DNA of 32,750 bases, from assembly GCA_043814055.1 (NCBI GenBank), contig JBDRKL010000011.1:1-32750 (forward strand). Direction: 5' to 3'. The stretch is from an archaeon (lineage in GTDB: Archaea; Undinarchaeota; Undinarchaeia; Undinarchaeales; JBDRKL01). The notes beneath the pieces are model-generated. The model saw only the letters and a program-made list of their open reading frames with translations. It was not told where the DNA came from and searched no databases. This document shows, piece after piece, positions 18,301 through 26,622 of the stretch. The position numbers and the translations under genes are program-made. Positions within the stretch are counted from its first letter, which is position 1. Each line of letters starts with the position of its first letter.

Positions 18301-19437
18301 ACACTCAACCGGTCTACAACTAACATAACTGACACCTCAAACATAACAGCTAAGTGGTATAGCGTTGTCAGGGTTTATGATGCAGACAGTAGCGCCAATC
18401 TGAGCGCAAGCGTGACCTCAACCGCAAGCGACAGCAGTATTGAGTGGACTGCCACGTCCGCAAGCGCGACAGGCAGGACAACTAATTCCTGGCCATATAA
18501 TCTAGATACTGAATATGTTGAATACCAGCCAGGCAACCTTTCAAACATATCAAACATATCCACGCACGTATTCTCTGCCTCTGCAACCGGCTACACAGCC
18601 GGCACAACAACAAATTCAACGCTTTCAAATGAAATCGCCACTTATGACATAGCATTGTCAGTAACGCCCAACGGAACTTCTCCTCCTAGTGGCGGTGGCG
18701 GAGGTAGCTCAAGTGTATTTGTCCCACTTCCGCGGCTCAAGATAGAGCCGAGCAATATTGAGAACGGCAAATTCACGGTTTATGTTGAAAACATCGGTAA
18801 TGTTGACCTTGAGGGGATAAAGCTCAAGCTCAGCGACTTGCCTTCCAGAGTGCAGGCAAAGTTCAGCCCGAATTTGCTTGACCTAAAGGTTGGTGAAGGT
18901 GATGAATTTGAGGTCATGCTGGACGGCACTGAGAACTTGCCTGGCGGCTCTTATGACATAAATGTCCGCGTAAACGACATTGAGAACCAGGCCAGTGCAA
19001 CCGCAATGGTTACATTCGCAATTGAGGGTATGCAAAAACCGAAGAAGCCGGTTGAAATCCCGCCTATACTGATGAATATAATTAAAAAGCTCTTTGACCC
19101 GCGCATACTCGTCCTTGCAGCCATAATAACCTCATTGATAGTGCTCTTCATGGCATACCCAGTTGAAAAACTCAATCTGCCAAAGGCAATACGTAAGATA
19201 TTCAAGTTCCGGCTTGTTAAGAAAAAGATACCAGTGCCTATCGGAACTGTTCTTGACTCTGAAAAGATGCGCCTTGCCAGATACATAAGCTATGAGGTAA
19301 AGGGTGGCAAGAAAGTTCCTGAAATCCTGGAATCACTTGAAACCGACGGCTGGAAGAAAAAGGACCTTGACACAGTGGTCGGCTACCTTGAGGAGAACGA
19401 CTTTGAGCTAGAGGAAGTAGGCAAGAAAAAGAAGTAA
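12172..19437 (+). CDS. 2421-aa membrane-anchored surface protein: basic GPYYY N-terminal domain, TM, four NosD/CASH-like beta-helix modules, TM, C-terminal tail
   Basis: Repeated LDCNGS, GIYL..S.NN.I.NN, GPNIIGG.DIGGNYY and D.DGDGIGD motifs; many N-x-S/T sequons; SGGGGGSS linker; hydrophobic segments near both termini. Confidence 0.92.
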   Translation: MVYKKYVTRDGKRHGPYYYTTVRDKEGKVKTVYLGSDLSKIKKQQANVVQRNQRSKTPKSTSPQLKYMAIPVAVLFIFAILVFSLSLSEPTAFDSLMPGKLISGFTTFGEEGFDPETPIMDSGTILPVEANETESHPPAPETPPASIPKTSGDADSITALIDDLLALPEQEVPAEELAPEAPAEEPVGPSLMMTAEESAYLPPLPAGIDEVPPNGSDPYYINENTILRHDTYNINVTSLPTAQAALWINASDIYLDCNGSTIMGNGTGYGVYINSSFSNVVIRNCILYNYSYGIFAESNNYHLIANNTVDSNANQGIYLYNSNYSNVTNCTAINNSERSLQFTYSYFANATNINLTTIYSAQQLYFEGSHNCSVFNATVTGGTDVIFLSGSTNNTFSNITTSGGNYGFYLVGSSNNTIKNSYILNQGDYGIYVMDSNSMDNLFYNNYLASNAAGAWDAGTNDWNTSEQTGPNIIGGDDIGGNYYDNYTGYDLDGDGIGDTLDYPIPEFGLNIDYLPLTNNVTPCVNLTNGTSPYYVNESTTLCEGQSVNINVSNNQGALWFNASNIYLDCNGSTIFGNNSSAGFGVWINQSFENITVKNCVLLYYDFGIIAQSNHHNITNNTVMDSPSYGMYLENSNISNITNNTLIRSGMYGFYITSSSSTNVIEGNNISNNTLDGIHINGDSDWNNLTKNLISYNGNDGIYVSQWFYTASQSFYTTISNNTVSFNSLTGIYLGQVSDPTSLSFLVVRNNTVINNSQYGIFLDYIVQTTLANNTIQENAVADLAINANSDAICKHLVENNTGSSGGQIWFNNTSVNIQNVELSELILCNADYSTVTNVNVSGSDTLYNNYIFTARAASLAFSNVNSSYNYHGIFSSSGNSNNLSNLTLLNNSNIGLYITGNSFIVNNSNISGNTINGLYINNSKTGNLIYNNYLANTNNTWDDGTNDWNTSEQTGPNIIGGVDIGGNYYSNYTGTDSDGDGIGDTLDYYIPGGSNIDYLPLTNNVIPCVNLINGTTPYYVNSNTTLCEGQSVNINASGGESALWINASDIYLDCNGSVIFGDNASAPNAASGIYVNGSFSNITIRNCVVHSYSSGVYLNMTEDNTLQNNTVYYAYAGFRLIAANRSNLTNNNATLNQLGFYLSGSSSNNTLSNNNANFNNVAPSGWGFFVGSGSNENNLTNNNASSNLITGFYIYSNNNNVLNNNASSNTNYGVQLLAVQGNNISDNTLQENAIYDLVLSINIPTHCQNYISGNTGSGGRPIWFNNTSITVQDVELSELILCNADNSILLNVNISGSATLNNNNIDASFVDNSNFTNVNSSGNYRGIEMYHSTFNNISGGNFSNNLWGIYLWNTNNTTVFNNNVSDNTQAGIKLSNEATDNTIYNNYFNNTKNTYDSGTNDWNTTQQTGPNIIGGVDIGGNFYSNYTGTDDDGDGIGDILDYYIPGGSNIDYLPITNEITSCVNLTNGTTPYYVNSNTTLCAGQSVNTNVSNGEGAFTISANSIYLDCNGSTIFGNGSGNGILLSGVYTEVIIRNCILHDYNYSAYISASSSNSFYNNTFYNSTLDNVYIEGLSGSNNFTNNTLHSGGQRGIMLSSVMDGNMFYDNLIYNHTSTGIVIGSGTDNNIVSGNNVSENSGNGIQVQGSSNTIGNNYVASNSIHGFNISSPGSYNILSNNTAFNNSQVGFYISSSNFNNLTNNTIYNNLDYGIYVESANTINISNCTFWNNTDDTYTYATEGETWFQSSTSITFWNNTVIDTHNTGVYYNSSNDSIVAFNTFSSNDGTPSAISARETDNVTIHNNTFVNFTGGGVYNIVTQISTNINVSQNNFSSSRWAVDYRQTNDSYIENNLFYTNSLVGIMVRNAANNITIRYNTFYDNLTNFGIVLINTTNNDVYNNTLETNNGLDIYDEAHGNLIHDNMVKFSSYGFWFELTDASYTNQNNTIYNNTFYDGISCFYADLLRGSGNIFENNTLTNCSYAVRANNMTNGSAVRIRWNNITQTNISVFYAQAGSELIVYDMNIDSSNNMSAISQTASTIHLVNMTLNRSTTNITDTSNITAKWYSVVRVYDADSSANLSASVTSTASDSSIEWTATSASATGRTTNSWPYNLDTEYVEYQPGNLSNISNISTHVFSASATGYTAGTTTNSTLSNEIATYDIALSVTPNGTSPPSGGGGGSSSVFVPLPRLKIEPSNIENGKFTVYVENIGNVDLEGIKLKLSDLPSRVQAKFSPNLLDLKVGEGDEFEVMLDGTENLPGGSYDINVRVNDIENQASATAMVTFAIEGMQKPKKPVEIPPILMNIIKKLFDPRILVLAAIITSLIVLFMAYPVEKLNLPKAIRKIFKFRLVKKKIPVPIGTVLDSEKMRLARYISYEVKGGKKVPEILESLETDGWKKKDLDTVVGYLEENDFELEEVGKKKK
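13551..16710 (+). repeat. Three highly similar ~340-bp intragenic inter-module repeats
   Basis: AAATGATTGGAACACT...CAGACTGGTCC.AACATAATCGGCGG begins at 13551, 15009 and 16371; similarity runs through to GACTGCAA(C/T)GG. Confidence 0.9.
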
Positions 19438-19454
19438 TCCCTAATGGGTTTGCT

Positions 19455-20240
19455 TTACTCAAAATCCTTTTCTATGGCTAGAACCTTCAATTCAAAAGTC
19501 AGGTTTTCGCCTGCGAGCGGATGATTCATATCCAATAATATGTTTTTCTCAGTGAAATCCAGCACAGTGCTGGACTGGCCGTCCCATATCTTCTGACCCA
19601 TCTTAATGTTCTCGTAACTAATTTCTATTTCATCGTCTGTAATTGAAATTATTTTCCAGGTCCACGGCAGTCCGACTTGGATTGGTATGTAAAGGCTGTT
19701 AAGCACTGGGTCATTCCTTATTATCGCTGTGCCATTTTTCTCGTCAATTTCCATAACTGTCACAGGCCAATATATGCCTCTTATCTTGAGGGTCTCATCA
19801 ACTCCTAACTCTCCATCTGTTATGGAATCTTTGAGCACGTCCAAATTAACTTCCTGCTCGCGCTCAAGTATCTTGACCCGTGATATTATTTTCATATTGT
19901 TCAGGCTGCGCTCTCCGTACGCATCCTCTGAAAGTATTTTTATGGTCTTTGTTTCTCCAGATATCATCCCAATAAGCGCGTTTTCAAAATCAGGCAAGTA
20001 ATCCCCTGAGCCAATTGTAACATTTACCACGCCGTAGTCAAACCTGCTGCCGTTGTCAAGCGTGCCGTAGTAGTCAACCTCTACAGTGTCCCCCAGCTCA
20101 GCAGGCACAACAGTCTCGCCTATCAGCATAATCCCAAAAAGTATGAGCGCTACGAGCATAAGCCCGCCTGCTATGAACTCCACCTCAGTCATTCTGAGTT
20201 TTTTAATCTTCTTTGTGGTTGAATCTTTCTTTTTTGCCAT
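19455..20240 (-). CDS. Membrane-anchored FKBP-type PPIase (SlyD-like, enlarged insert)
   Basis: GDTVEVDYYGTLDNGSRFD, FENALIGM, DAYG, DMNHPLAGENLTF; N-terminal TM. Start taken at MAKKK. Confidence 0.88.
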   Translation of the reverse strand: MAKKKDSTTKKIKKLRMTEVEFIAGGLMLVALILFGIMLIGETVVPAELGDTVEVDYYGTLDNGSRFDYGVVNVTIGSGDYLPDFENALIGMISGETKTIKILSEDAYGERSLNNMKIISRVKILEREQEVNLDVLKDSITDGELGVDETLKIRGIYWPVTVMEIDEKNGTAIIRNDPVLNSLYIPIQVGLPWTWKIISITDDEIEISYENIKMGQKIWDGQSSTVLDFTEKNILLDMNHPLAGENLTFELKVLAIEKDFE

Positions 20241-20297
20241 TTTAATTACTTCCCAATCTATAGAATACACATAAAACTAAGTGGTTTTTAAAAGTTT

Positions 20298-21635
20298 CTA
20301 CATTCCCTGCATCTTTCCCGCGCCCATCTGCTTCATGAGCTTGTTCATGTTGCGCTTGTTCTTGCCGAACTTTTTCACGAGCTTCTTGGTCATGTTGTAC
20401 TGCTTAATCAGCGCGCGAACCTCTTCAACGCTTCTTCCTGAGCCTGCTGCAACGCGTTGAACCCGTGCCCCATCAATCACGTCTGGCTCTTCAAGCTCCT
20501 GTGGGGTCATTGAGTCCATAATCCAAATGAATTTTTCCATCCGCTCCTGGGACAGGTTCATCTGGTCCTTTGGGATATTAACGCCCATCGGGAGCATTTC
20601 CATAACCTTGCTGAGCGGACCCATCTTTTTCATGCTTTGAATCTGCGCGTACAAGTCCTTCAGGTTGAAGCGGCCTTTCATCATTGCTTCCATTTGGTCC
20701 TTTGACGCGCCTTCAAAAATTTCCTGGGTTTTCTTCACGAGCGTTTCAAGGTCGCCCATTCCGAGAAGCTTTGAAACGAACTTTGTAGGGTTGAACTCCT
20801 CAAAGTCCCCGATGCGCTCGCCGAGCCCGACGAACTTAATTGGAACTTTAAGCTCAGCGCACGCGGAAAGAGCTCCGCCGCCCTTTGCGCTTGATTCTAA
20901 TTTTGTAAGTATGACACCATCAATGCCCACCATTTCCTCAAAGCCCTTCGCGACCTCAGCGGCTTTCTGCCCCAAGTCAGCTGGCACTACAAGAATCTTC
21001 TCGTCAGGATTTAGCTCCTTGTTCAGCTTCTTCAGCTCCGCTGTGAGCTCCTTGTCCACCGCGTCCCTGCCCGCAGAGTCAACTATCACAACATCCGCGT
21101 CCTTTGCCGCCTTCATCCCCTCTTTGAGCGCCTTCATCGCGTCCTTTCCGCCGCCGTAGACCTGCATATTCCCTTCCTCGCCGAGCTGCTTGAGCTGTTC
21201 AAACGCCGCTGGTCTCCAAATATCAGTTCCGATAAGCGCAACCTTGAGTCCTTTCTTTGTCAAATACTTGCCAAGCTTTGCTGTGGTTGTAGTTTTGCCT
21301 GAACCAAACAGGCCGCAGAGCATAATCTTGGTCTGTCCCTTGTCATTCAATTTCAGCCCATCTGACTCTCCTGCCAGCGCGTTTGTGAGCTCCTCGTAAA
21401 CAATATTTACTATGTGCTCGCGTTTGCTGAACCCTGCCTTGGGCTTCTCATCAGCCGCGCGCTTCTTGATGTTGTCAGAAATCTGCGAGACAAGCTTCAC
21501 GTTAACATCAGAGCTCAAAAGCGCCCGCTGTATCTCCTTCACAGTGCTCTCAAGCGTTTCCTTGTCAACATAGCCGGAGCGGGCTATTTTCCTTAGAGCG
21601 TCCCTCAGCGATGAGCCGAGCTTGTCCAGAACCAT
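20298..21635 (-). CDS. srp54: Signal recognition particle protein Srp54
   Basis: ALLSSDVN, GLFGSGKTTT, DSAGR, TKLE.SAKGGGALS, Met-rich M domain. Confidence 0.97.
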   Translation of the reverse strand: MVLDKLGSSLRDALRKIARSGYVDKETLESTVKEIQRALLSSDVNVKLVSQISDNIKKRAADEKPKAGFSKREHIVNIVYEELTNALAGESDGLKLNDKGQTKIMLCGLFGSGKTTTTAKLGKYLTKKGLKVALIGTDIWRPAAFEQLKQLGEEGNMQVYGGGKDAMKALKEGMKAAKDADVVIVDSAGRDAVDKELTAELKKLNKELNPDEKILVVPADLGQKAAEVAKGFEEMVGIDGVILTKLESSAKGGGALSACAELKVPIKFVGLGERIGDFEEFNPTKFVSKLLGMGDLETLVKKTQEIFEGASKDQMEAMMKGRFNLKDLYAQIQSMKKMGPLSKVMEMLPMGVNIPKDQMNLSQERMEKFIWIMDSMTPQELEEPDVIDGARVQRVAAGSGRSVEEVRALIKQYNMTKKLVKKFGKNKRNMNKLMKQMGAGKMQGM

Positions 21636-21715
21636 AGTAGTTTTATTGAGCTAGTTGGTTTTAATAGTTGCGCCTGAGCTAATATTTATATATGGAGCGT
21701 GACTATCAAAATAAA

Positions 21716-21856
21716 ATGGCAGGGCATCACGAGAAAGAACTTGGTGAAATGACCGGTCTGATGACCGGGGTAATGGGGCTTGTCCTAGTTTTTGGCATGC
21801 TTTTGCTCGTGTATGTTACTTTTTTGCCAGTGTTTAAAAGTTTTGGATTGTTTTGA
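21716..21856 (+). CDS. Small single-TM protein (46 aa), below the ORF-track cutoff
   Basis: MAGHHEKELGEMTGLMTGVMGLVLVFGMLLLVYVTFLPVFKSFGLF; TTTATATA at 21685-21692 ends 24 nt upstream (leaderless geometry). Confidence 0.65.
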   Translation: MAGHHEKELGEMTGLMTGVMGLVLVFGMLLLVYVTFLPVFKSFGLF

Positions 21857-23138
21857 GCAGTTCCTCGGCTTTTTCCTTGCTCTTCGCTTCAACAGTTATC
21901 CTTACCATAGGCTCTGTGCCTGAAGCCCTGACCAAAATCCACGAATCCTCAAAATCAACGCGCAGGCCGTCAATCTCATTAACTTCTCCGCCGAGCGACT
22001 TGAGCTTTTCAGAAAGTGAATTCACTTTTTCCTGTAGTTCTTCCTTTCCGCAAAGGATTGTCTCGCGAATCGTGTAATACTTCGGAAGCTCAGCAACCAG
22101 CTCAGACAATTTCTTCCCGCTCTTTGAGAGCAGTTCAAGAATCTTCAGCGAGCCCAGAATTCCATCCGGGCACAAGTGAACATCCGGGAATATGAAACAG
22201 CCGCTCGGCTCCCCACCGAACACTCCTTTGTGCTCCTTTAGCTTCGCCACGACATCAACATCCCCAACCCGCGTCATCAAAACAGATCCGCCATTCTGCT
22301 CAATAACATCCTCAACCATTTTTGAAGTATCAATTGGAACCGCGACCACGCCTTTCTTGTCCTGCAGCGCGTTCTTGGCAAAGAGCGCAAGCAACGCGTC
22401 CCGCTCAACAAAAGTCCCGGTTTCATCAACAACTCCAATTCTGTCCGCGTCCCCGTCGTGCGCAATTCCAATATCCGCGCCAACTTCCAGAACTTTCTTT
22501 TTCAGCTCGCCAAGATTTTCACCAGATGGCTCTGGCTTTCTCCCAGGAAAATCTCCATCTGCCTCGCAGAAAAGCTCAGTTACCTCGCCGTAATCCGCAA
22601 GCAGCTCTGGAGAAACTGGGCACGCTGCTCCATGCCCGCAGTCCAGCACGATTTTAAATTTCTTTTCAATCTGCACGGAGTTTTTCAAAGCTTCAGTGTA
22701 TTTTGGAATAATATTAATAGTATCAAAAGGCACACTCTCTAAATTTCCACTTTGTTTTTGAACTAATTTTTCAATCTCTCGCTCTTTTTCAGGCTCAAAC
22801 GCGCTTGAGTCTGAATTCCACAGCTTTATGCCGTTATATTCAGCAGGGTTGTGCGATGCTGTAATCATCACGCCTGCTTTTGCCTTAAGCTCCCGCGCTG
22901 CAAAAGCAACAGCAGGGGTTGGAACCATCCCCACACTCTTAATTTTAATTCCTTTCGCAGCTAATCCTGAGGCAGCTGCCTTCTCAAGCGATGGCGAGCT
23001 GTTCCTAGGGTCCCGTCCCAGCACGACAAGCCCCTCTTTCACGTATTCGCCGAGCGCCGAGCCAACTTTGGAGGCGAGCTCTTCTGTTATTTCCTCGCCA
23101 TAGATTCCGCGTATTCCTGAAGTTCCAAATAATTTCAT
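21834..23138 (-). CDS. glmM: Phosphoglucosamine/phosphomannomutase family enzyme
   Basis: LFGTSGIRG, TASHNP, DGDADR, GGEPSG, VRASGTEP. Confidence 0.9.
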   Translation of the reverse strand: MKLFGTSGIRGIYGEEITEELASKVGSALGEYVKEGLVVLGRDPRNSSPSLEKAAASGLAAKGIKIKSVGMVPTPAVAFAARELKAKAGVMITASHNPAEYNGIKLWNSDSSAFEPEKEREIEKLVQKQSGNLESVPFDTINIIPKYTEALKNSVQIEKKFKIVLDCGHGAACPVSPELLADYGEVTELFCEADGDFPGRKPEPSGENLGELKKKVLEVGADIGIAHDGDADRIGVVDETGTFVERDALLALFAKNALQDKKGVVAVPIDTSKMVEDVIEQNGGSVLMTRVGDVDVVAKLKEHKGVFGGEPSGCFIFPDVHLCPDGILGSLKILELLSKSGKKLSELVAELPKYYTIRETILCGKEELQEKVNSLSEKLKSLGGEVNEIDGLRVDFEDSWILVRASGTEPMVRITVEAKSKEKAEELLKTIQNF

Positions 23139-23384
23139 GCTACTTCCTTCTTTACCAGCTTATAAAAACCTTATTAAGGATTAATTCATAATAAGTGCCA
23201 ATGACTTCTAACAGTCACTTGACAAGCCCTTTTACATCCTCGCCAACTTCAATTTTGTAAGGCTCAACAACTCTGTAGCCCAAAGATTTCAAACTCATTA
23301 AACGATATTATAATTTGTTATTTAATTATTTTTGTATAAATACTTAAAACTTTAAATACCTCCTGAGATAATTCAATTATTATT

Positions 23385-24350
23385 ATGCATAAAAAAGTGG
23401 TGGTGAGAACTGTAAAGACTGTTGGGCGCAAACCACTTAACGATATTTTTAATAGTCTTGACGTTTTTGACAGCTTCAAGGGAAAAAAAGTTTTTATAAA
23501 GCCAAACCTTGTGTGCAGCGAAACATCTGATACCGGGGCAACCATAGACCCCAAATTGATATCCCTGCTTATAAAATCCTTCGTAGAGAAAGGTTATAAA
23601 GTAACAGTCGGTGAGGCAGGAGCAAATCATTTCATCAGCGAAGAGACATTTGACCAACTGAACATTTATTCCCTTTGTGAGGAAAACGGGGCTAAATTCG
23701 TTAATTTGAATACATGTCCGATGCAGAAGATGAAACTAGTTGACGGTTTTAGGCCGGTAAAATTCCCAAAGCCCGTGCTTGACGCAGACCACATTGTGAA
23801 TCTGCCAAAACTGAAAACACATAACGCAACGAGAGTGTCATTCTCGATAAAAAATCTGTACGGGCTACTACCGGGCGACGAGAAATGGGAAGGTCATAGG
23901 TTTGGCCTGAACAAATTTTTAATTGCGCTCGCAACAAAAGTGCCTGTTGATTTAATCATTGTAGATGCCCTGACTTCAATGCATGGTCTTGGTCCTACTT
24001 TAGGGCTCTCACTCAAGACAAATATGCTCATAGGCTCAAATGATATGATATCCTGCGATCATTTCTGCTCAAAATTGATGAAAGTAAATCCTATGACTGT
24101 GGGGCATTTAAGACCTCTGATGAAAGAACTGCCCCAGTATGAAACAGACGGCGAATACAAAGAGTATGACTTTAAGGTGCCGGGAAAGCAAACCGTTGCG
24201 CCGATGTACCTTGCTCAAAAGATTTTCTTTGGACATGCCAAGTATATGAAGCCGATTGGTATAGATATCAAGGCACTTATGCGAACTTTCATGACACAAG
24301 ACCGAATTAGCTTTATTAAAAGGGTTCAGAAAAAAATGTACAAACTTTGA
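23385..24350 (+). CDS. DUF362 family protein
   Basis: VFIKPN, IVNLPKLKTH, SIKNLYG, IVDA...G.GP. Confidence 0.88.
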   Translation: MHKKVVVRTVKTVGRKPLNDIFNSLDVFDSFKGKKVFIKPNLVCSETSDTGATIDPKLISLLIKSFVEKGYKVTVGEAGANHFISEETFDQLNIYSLCEENGAKFVNLNTCPMQKMKLVDGFRPVKFPKPVLDADHIVNLPKLKTHNATRVSFSIKNLYGLLPGDEKWEGHRFGLNKFLIALATKVPVDLIIVDALTSMHGLGPTLGLSLKTNMLIGSNDMISCDHFCSKLMKVNPMTVGHLRPLMKELPQYETDGEYKEYDFKVPGKQTVAPMYLAQKIFFGHAKYMKPIGIDIKALMRTFMTQDRISFIKRVQKKMYKL

Positions 24351-24368
24351 GAGCATTTAGGCGTCTTT

Positions 24369-24384
24369 AATTACACGTGTAATT
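24369..24384. other. Perfect 16-bp intergenic palindrome AATTACACGTGTAATT
   Basis: Read directly; lies just downstream of the DUF362 stop. Confidence 0.7.
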
Positions 24385-24614
24385 TGGGCGCTATTTAACT
24401 ACTTTTGTTTTTATTATTCCAAGGATATATCCTGAATTTCTTGTTTTTCTGTCCAAAAACACCATGTCCAGATTAGTAAAGCTCTCTGCTGGTTCCTGAA
24501 GCCTTTTTTTAATATCAACTTTTCCGCGGCGACTCATACCGGTATTCTCTTTTATGAGTTATTTAATCCTTTCTAAGGATAATTATATATAGCTCTTCTG
24601 GGCATTGAGTGCAT

Positions 24615-25217
24615 ATGGCAAAGATATCTATGCAGGGCAATAAACAGCAGAAGATATACGACAAATTTTACATCGTAAAGAACACGTTATTCAAGTTTCT
24701 GTTCAAACCACTCACAAAAATGGGAGTTACTCCCAATATGGTTTCTATGCTCTCTCTTTTATTCGGGGCTGTTGCTGCTGTCTTTTTGATGTACGATATG
24801 TTCATTGCTTTTTTCCTCCTCATGGTCAGCTACGTCATAGATGGCTTGGATGGCAGTCTTGCTCGCTATCAGAAGAAGGATTCTATTTTTGGGATCTTCG
24901 TTGACGCTGTAGTAGATCTTTTCATAAACCTCTTCGTGGTTATGGTTCTAGTCCATATGGGTCTGCTCATGGGCTCTCTGGGTGTGATGTATATGTTCCT
25001 GTACGCACTGATTTATGTTACATCTTACATGCGCAGTTTCTTTAACAAAACAAGCAACTGGACTGTTCTTCCACGGTTTTACTTCTATTTCATGATTCTG
25101 TTCTATGTGCTTGGTATCGCTAACCTCTTTGACTTCGCAGCTCTAGTGTTCTCACTGCTTATGGTGGTTATGGTCGTGCGCGACACTATAGTTCTGAGGG
25201 GTTGTTTAGACAAATGA
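24615..25217 (+). CDS. CDP-alcohol phosphatidyltransferase family protein
   Basis: GVTPN, DGLDGSLAR...G.FVD.VVD signature; multiple TMs. Confidence 0.92.
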   Translation: MAKISMQGNKQQKIYDKFYIVKNTLFKFLFKPLTKMGVTPNMVSMLSLLFGAVAAVFLMYDMFIAFFLLMVSYVIDGLDGSLARYQKKDSIFGIFVDAVVDLFINLFVVMVLVHMGLLMGSLGVMYMFLYALIYVTSYMRSFFNKTSNWTVLPRFYFYFMILFYVLGIANLFDFAALVFSLLMVVMVVRDTIVLRGCLDK

Positions 25218-25597
25218 TTATGGATATGCATATTCATCCACAGTATTCCCATTCCTCTTTTGGCGGTTCTTCTGTTTCAAAACCGAGTGACATAGTCGAC
25301 TTTGCCATAAAAAGAGGTTTTGGCGGAATTGCGATTACTGACCACGATTCGATAAAGGGCGCACTTGCTGCCCTTTACGTGTTCCTATACCTTGGGGATA
25401 GTGTGTTGGTATGCTTGAGAAACTCTCGGAATAAACCAATTATGTACTCATTCAGGCCAAGATTGTTTGTATACCTTGCATTTTTTCTTTATTCCCTGTT
25501 TAACATAAATTTCATAGAGCCATTAATGCTGATTTTAACCATTATTCTTGTGCTCTCTTTCACCAAAAACTATGTGATTGTACAGCGGGTGATTTAA
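25214..25597 (+). pseudogene. Chimeric ORF: PHP N-terminus fused to a CDP-alcohol phosphatidyltransferase-like C-terminus
   Basis: DMHIH...GIAITDHDSIKGA switches abruptly at about 25360 to hydrophobic LAALYVFLY...RPRLFVY, resembling the C-terminal half of 24615-25217. Confidence 0.75.
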
Positions 25598-25598
25598 A

Positions 25599-26255
25599 AT
25601 GCAGGCTGACCTTCACGTGCATTCAAGTCATTCTATAAATAAAATTTGGGGCTCTGCGTGTGAGTCCGACCCAGAAGCAATCATAAAAGAATGCATTAAA
25701 AAAAATATAGGCGCAGTAGCCATAACAGACCATGATTCTGTGCAGGGTTTAACGTCTGGAAAAAAGAGCGCAAAAAAACACGGCATACTATTTATTCCAG
25801 GCATTGAGGTGTCAACAAATAATGGGCATATGCTTGCATATGGAGTTGAGGAGCTCATACCACATAACAGGACGGCAGAGGAAACCATAGACCTTATTCA
25901 TGGCGCAGGCGGGATAGCAGTAGCATCCCACCCATTCAACAGCATGTACGCCCTCAAGTCAAAAATATACTCACTCAAACTTGATGGCATAGAGGTGTTC
26001 AACAGCCGCTGTGGTGGAAATGCAAAGTCTCTAAAAGCTGCAGAAGAGCTTGGGCTTGGCATGACTGCTGGAAGTGATGCTCACTCACTCAAGGAAATCG
26101 GAAATTCACTAACCATATTCAACAAAAACATTGACTCAGTAGACTCTGCCCTAAATGCAATTAAAAAAGGAAAAACCTCATGGAAAGGCGCGTCAACCCC
26201 CTACTCAGATATCTTTAGAGCCTCTTTTAATCTGCTCCTTTCAAAGTTCAGGTAG
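25599..26255 (+). CDS. PHP-domain metal-dependent phosphoesterase
   Basis: DLHVHS, AITDHD, GIEVST..GH, SHPF, IEVFN, GSDAH. Confidence 0.93.
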   Translation: MQADLHVHSSHSINKIWGSACESDPEAIIKECIKKNIGAVAITDHDSVQGLTSGKKSAKKHGILFIPGIEVSTNNGHMLAYGVEELIPHNRTAEETIDLIHGAGGIAVASHPFNSMYALKSKIYSLKLDGIEVFNSRCGGNAKSLKAAEELGLGMTAGSDAHSLKEIGNSLTIFNKNIDSVDSALNAIKKGKTSWKGASTPYSDIFRASFNLLLSKFR

Positions 26256-26312
26256 TTATGGTTCCCATGGAAATGAAAAGTTTATAAGTGAACATTTCAT
26301 AATAAGTGCGAT

Positions 26313-26546
26313 ATGGTTTCTAAAAAATCCAACCCATTAACTCCGCTGGCAAAGCGGCTTGCGAAATACTATACTCCTAAAGCGCTATCCTGGCGGGCAT
26401 TTACGTTTTTAATTGTTGCAGTGCTTGGCTTTTATGTTAGAACTACACTAACTCTGGCGCTAGCTGTGATTTGTCTATGTGTCAGTTGCCTCTATTTTGT
26501 TCTAGTTGGAATGGTCAAGAAAATTCAGGAAAAAAAGAAGGCCTAA
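26313..26546 (+). CDS. Small 2-TM hypothetical protein
   Basis: 77 aa, two hydrophobic helices with basic termini; TTTATAA at 26281-26287. Confidence 0.7.
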   Translation: MVSKKSNPLTPLAKRLAKYYTPKALSWRAFTFLIVAVLGFYVRTTLTLALAVICLCVSCLYFVLVGMVKKIQEKKKA

Positions 26547-26622
26547 ACCAAGTAATAAGTTTATTAATTGATTACTTTTATTCCATGGAAAACTTATTAA
26601 GCATCGGGTGTTATTTTGTTCT

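Noticed and set aside
20982-20991. Isolated 9/10 match to TGTAGTGCAA on the minus strand in srp54 (similar partial hits near 11701 and 16240)
   Set aside because: Single imperfect hits within coding sequence are expected by chance.
23215-23298. 27-aa minus-strand ORF MSLKSLGYRVVEPYKIEVGEDVKGLVK at the island edge
   Set aside because: May be a gene remnant, but too short to support without a homology search.
24391-24537. 48-aa basic minus-strand ORF (MSRRGKVDIKKRLQEP...)
   Set aside because: No recognisable motif and no independent support.
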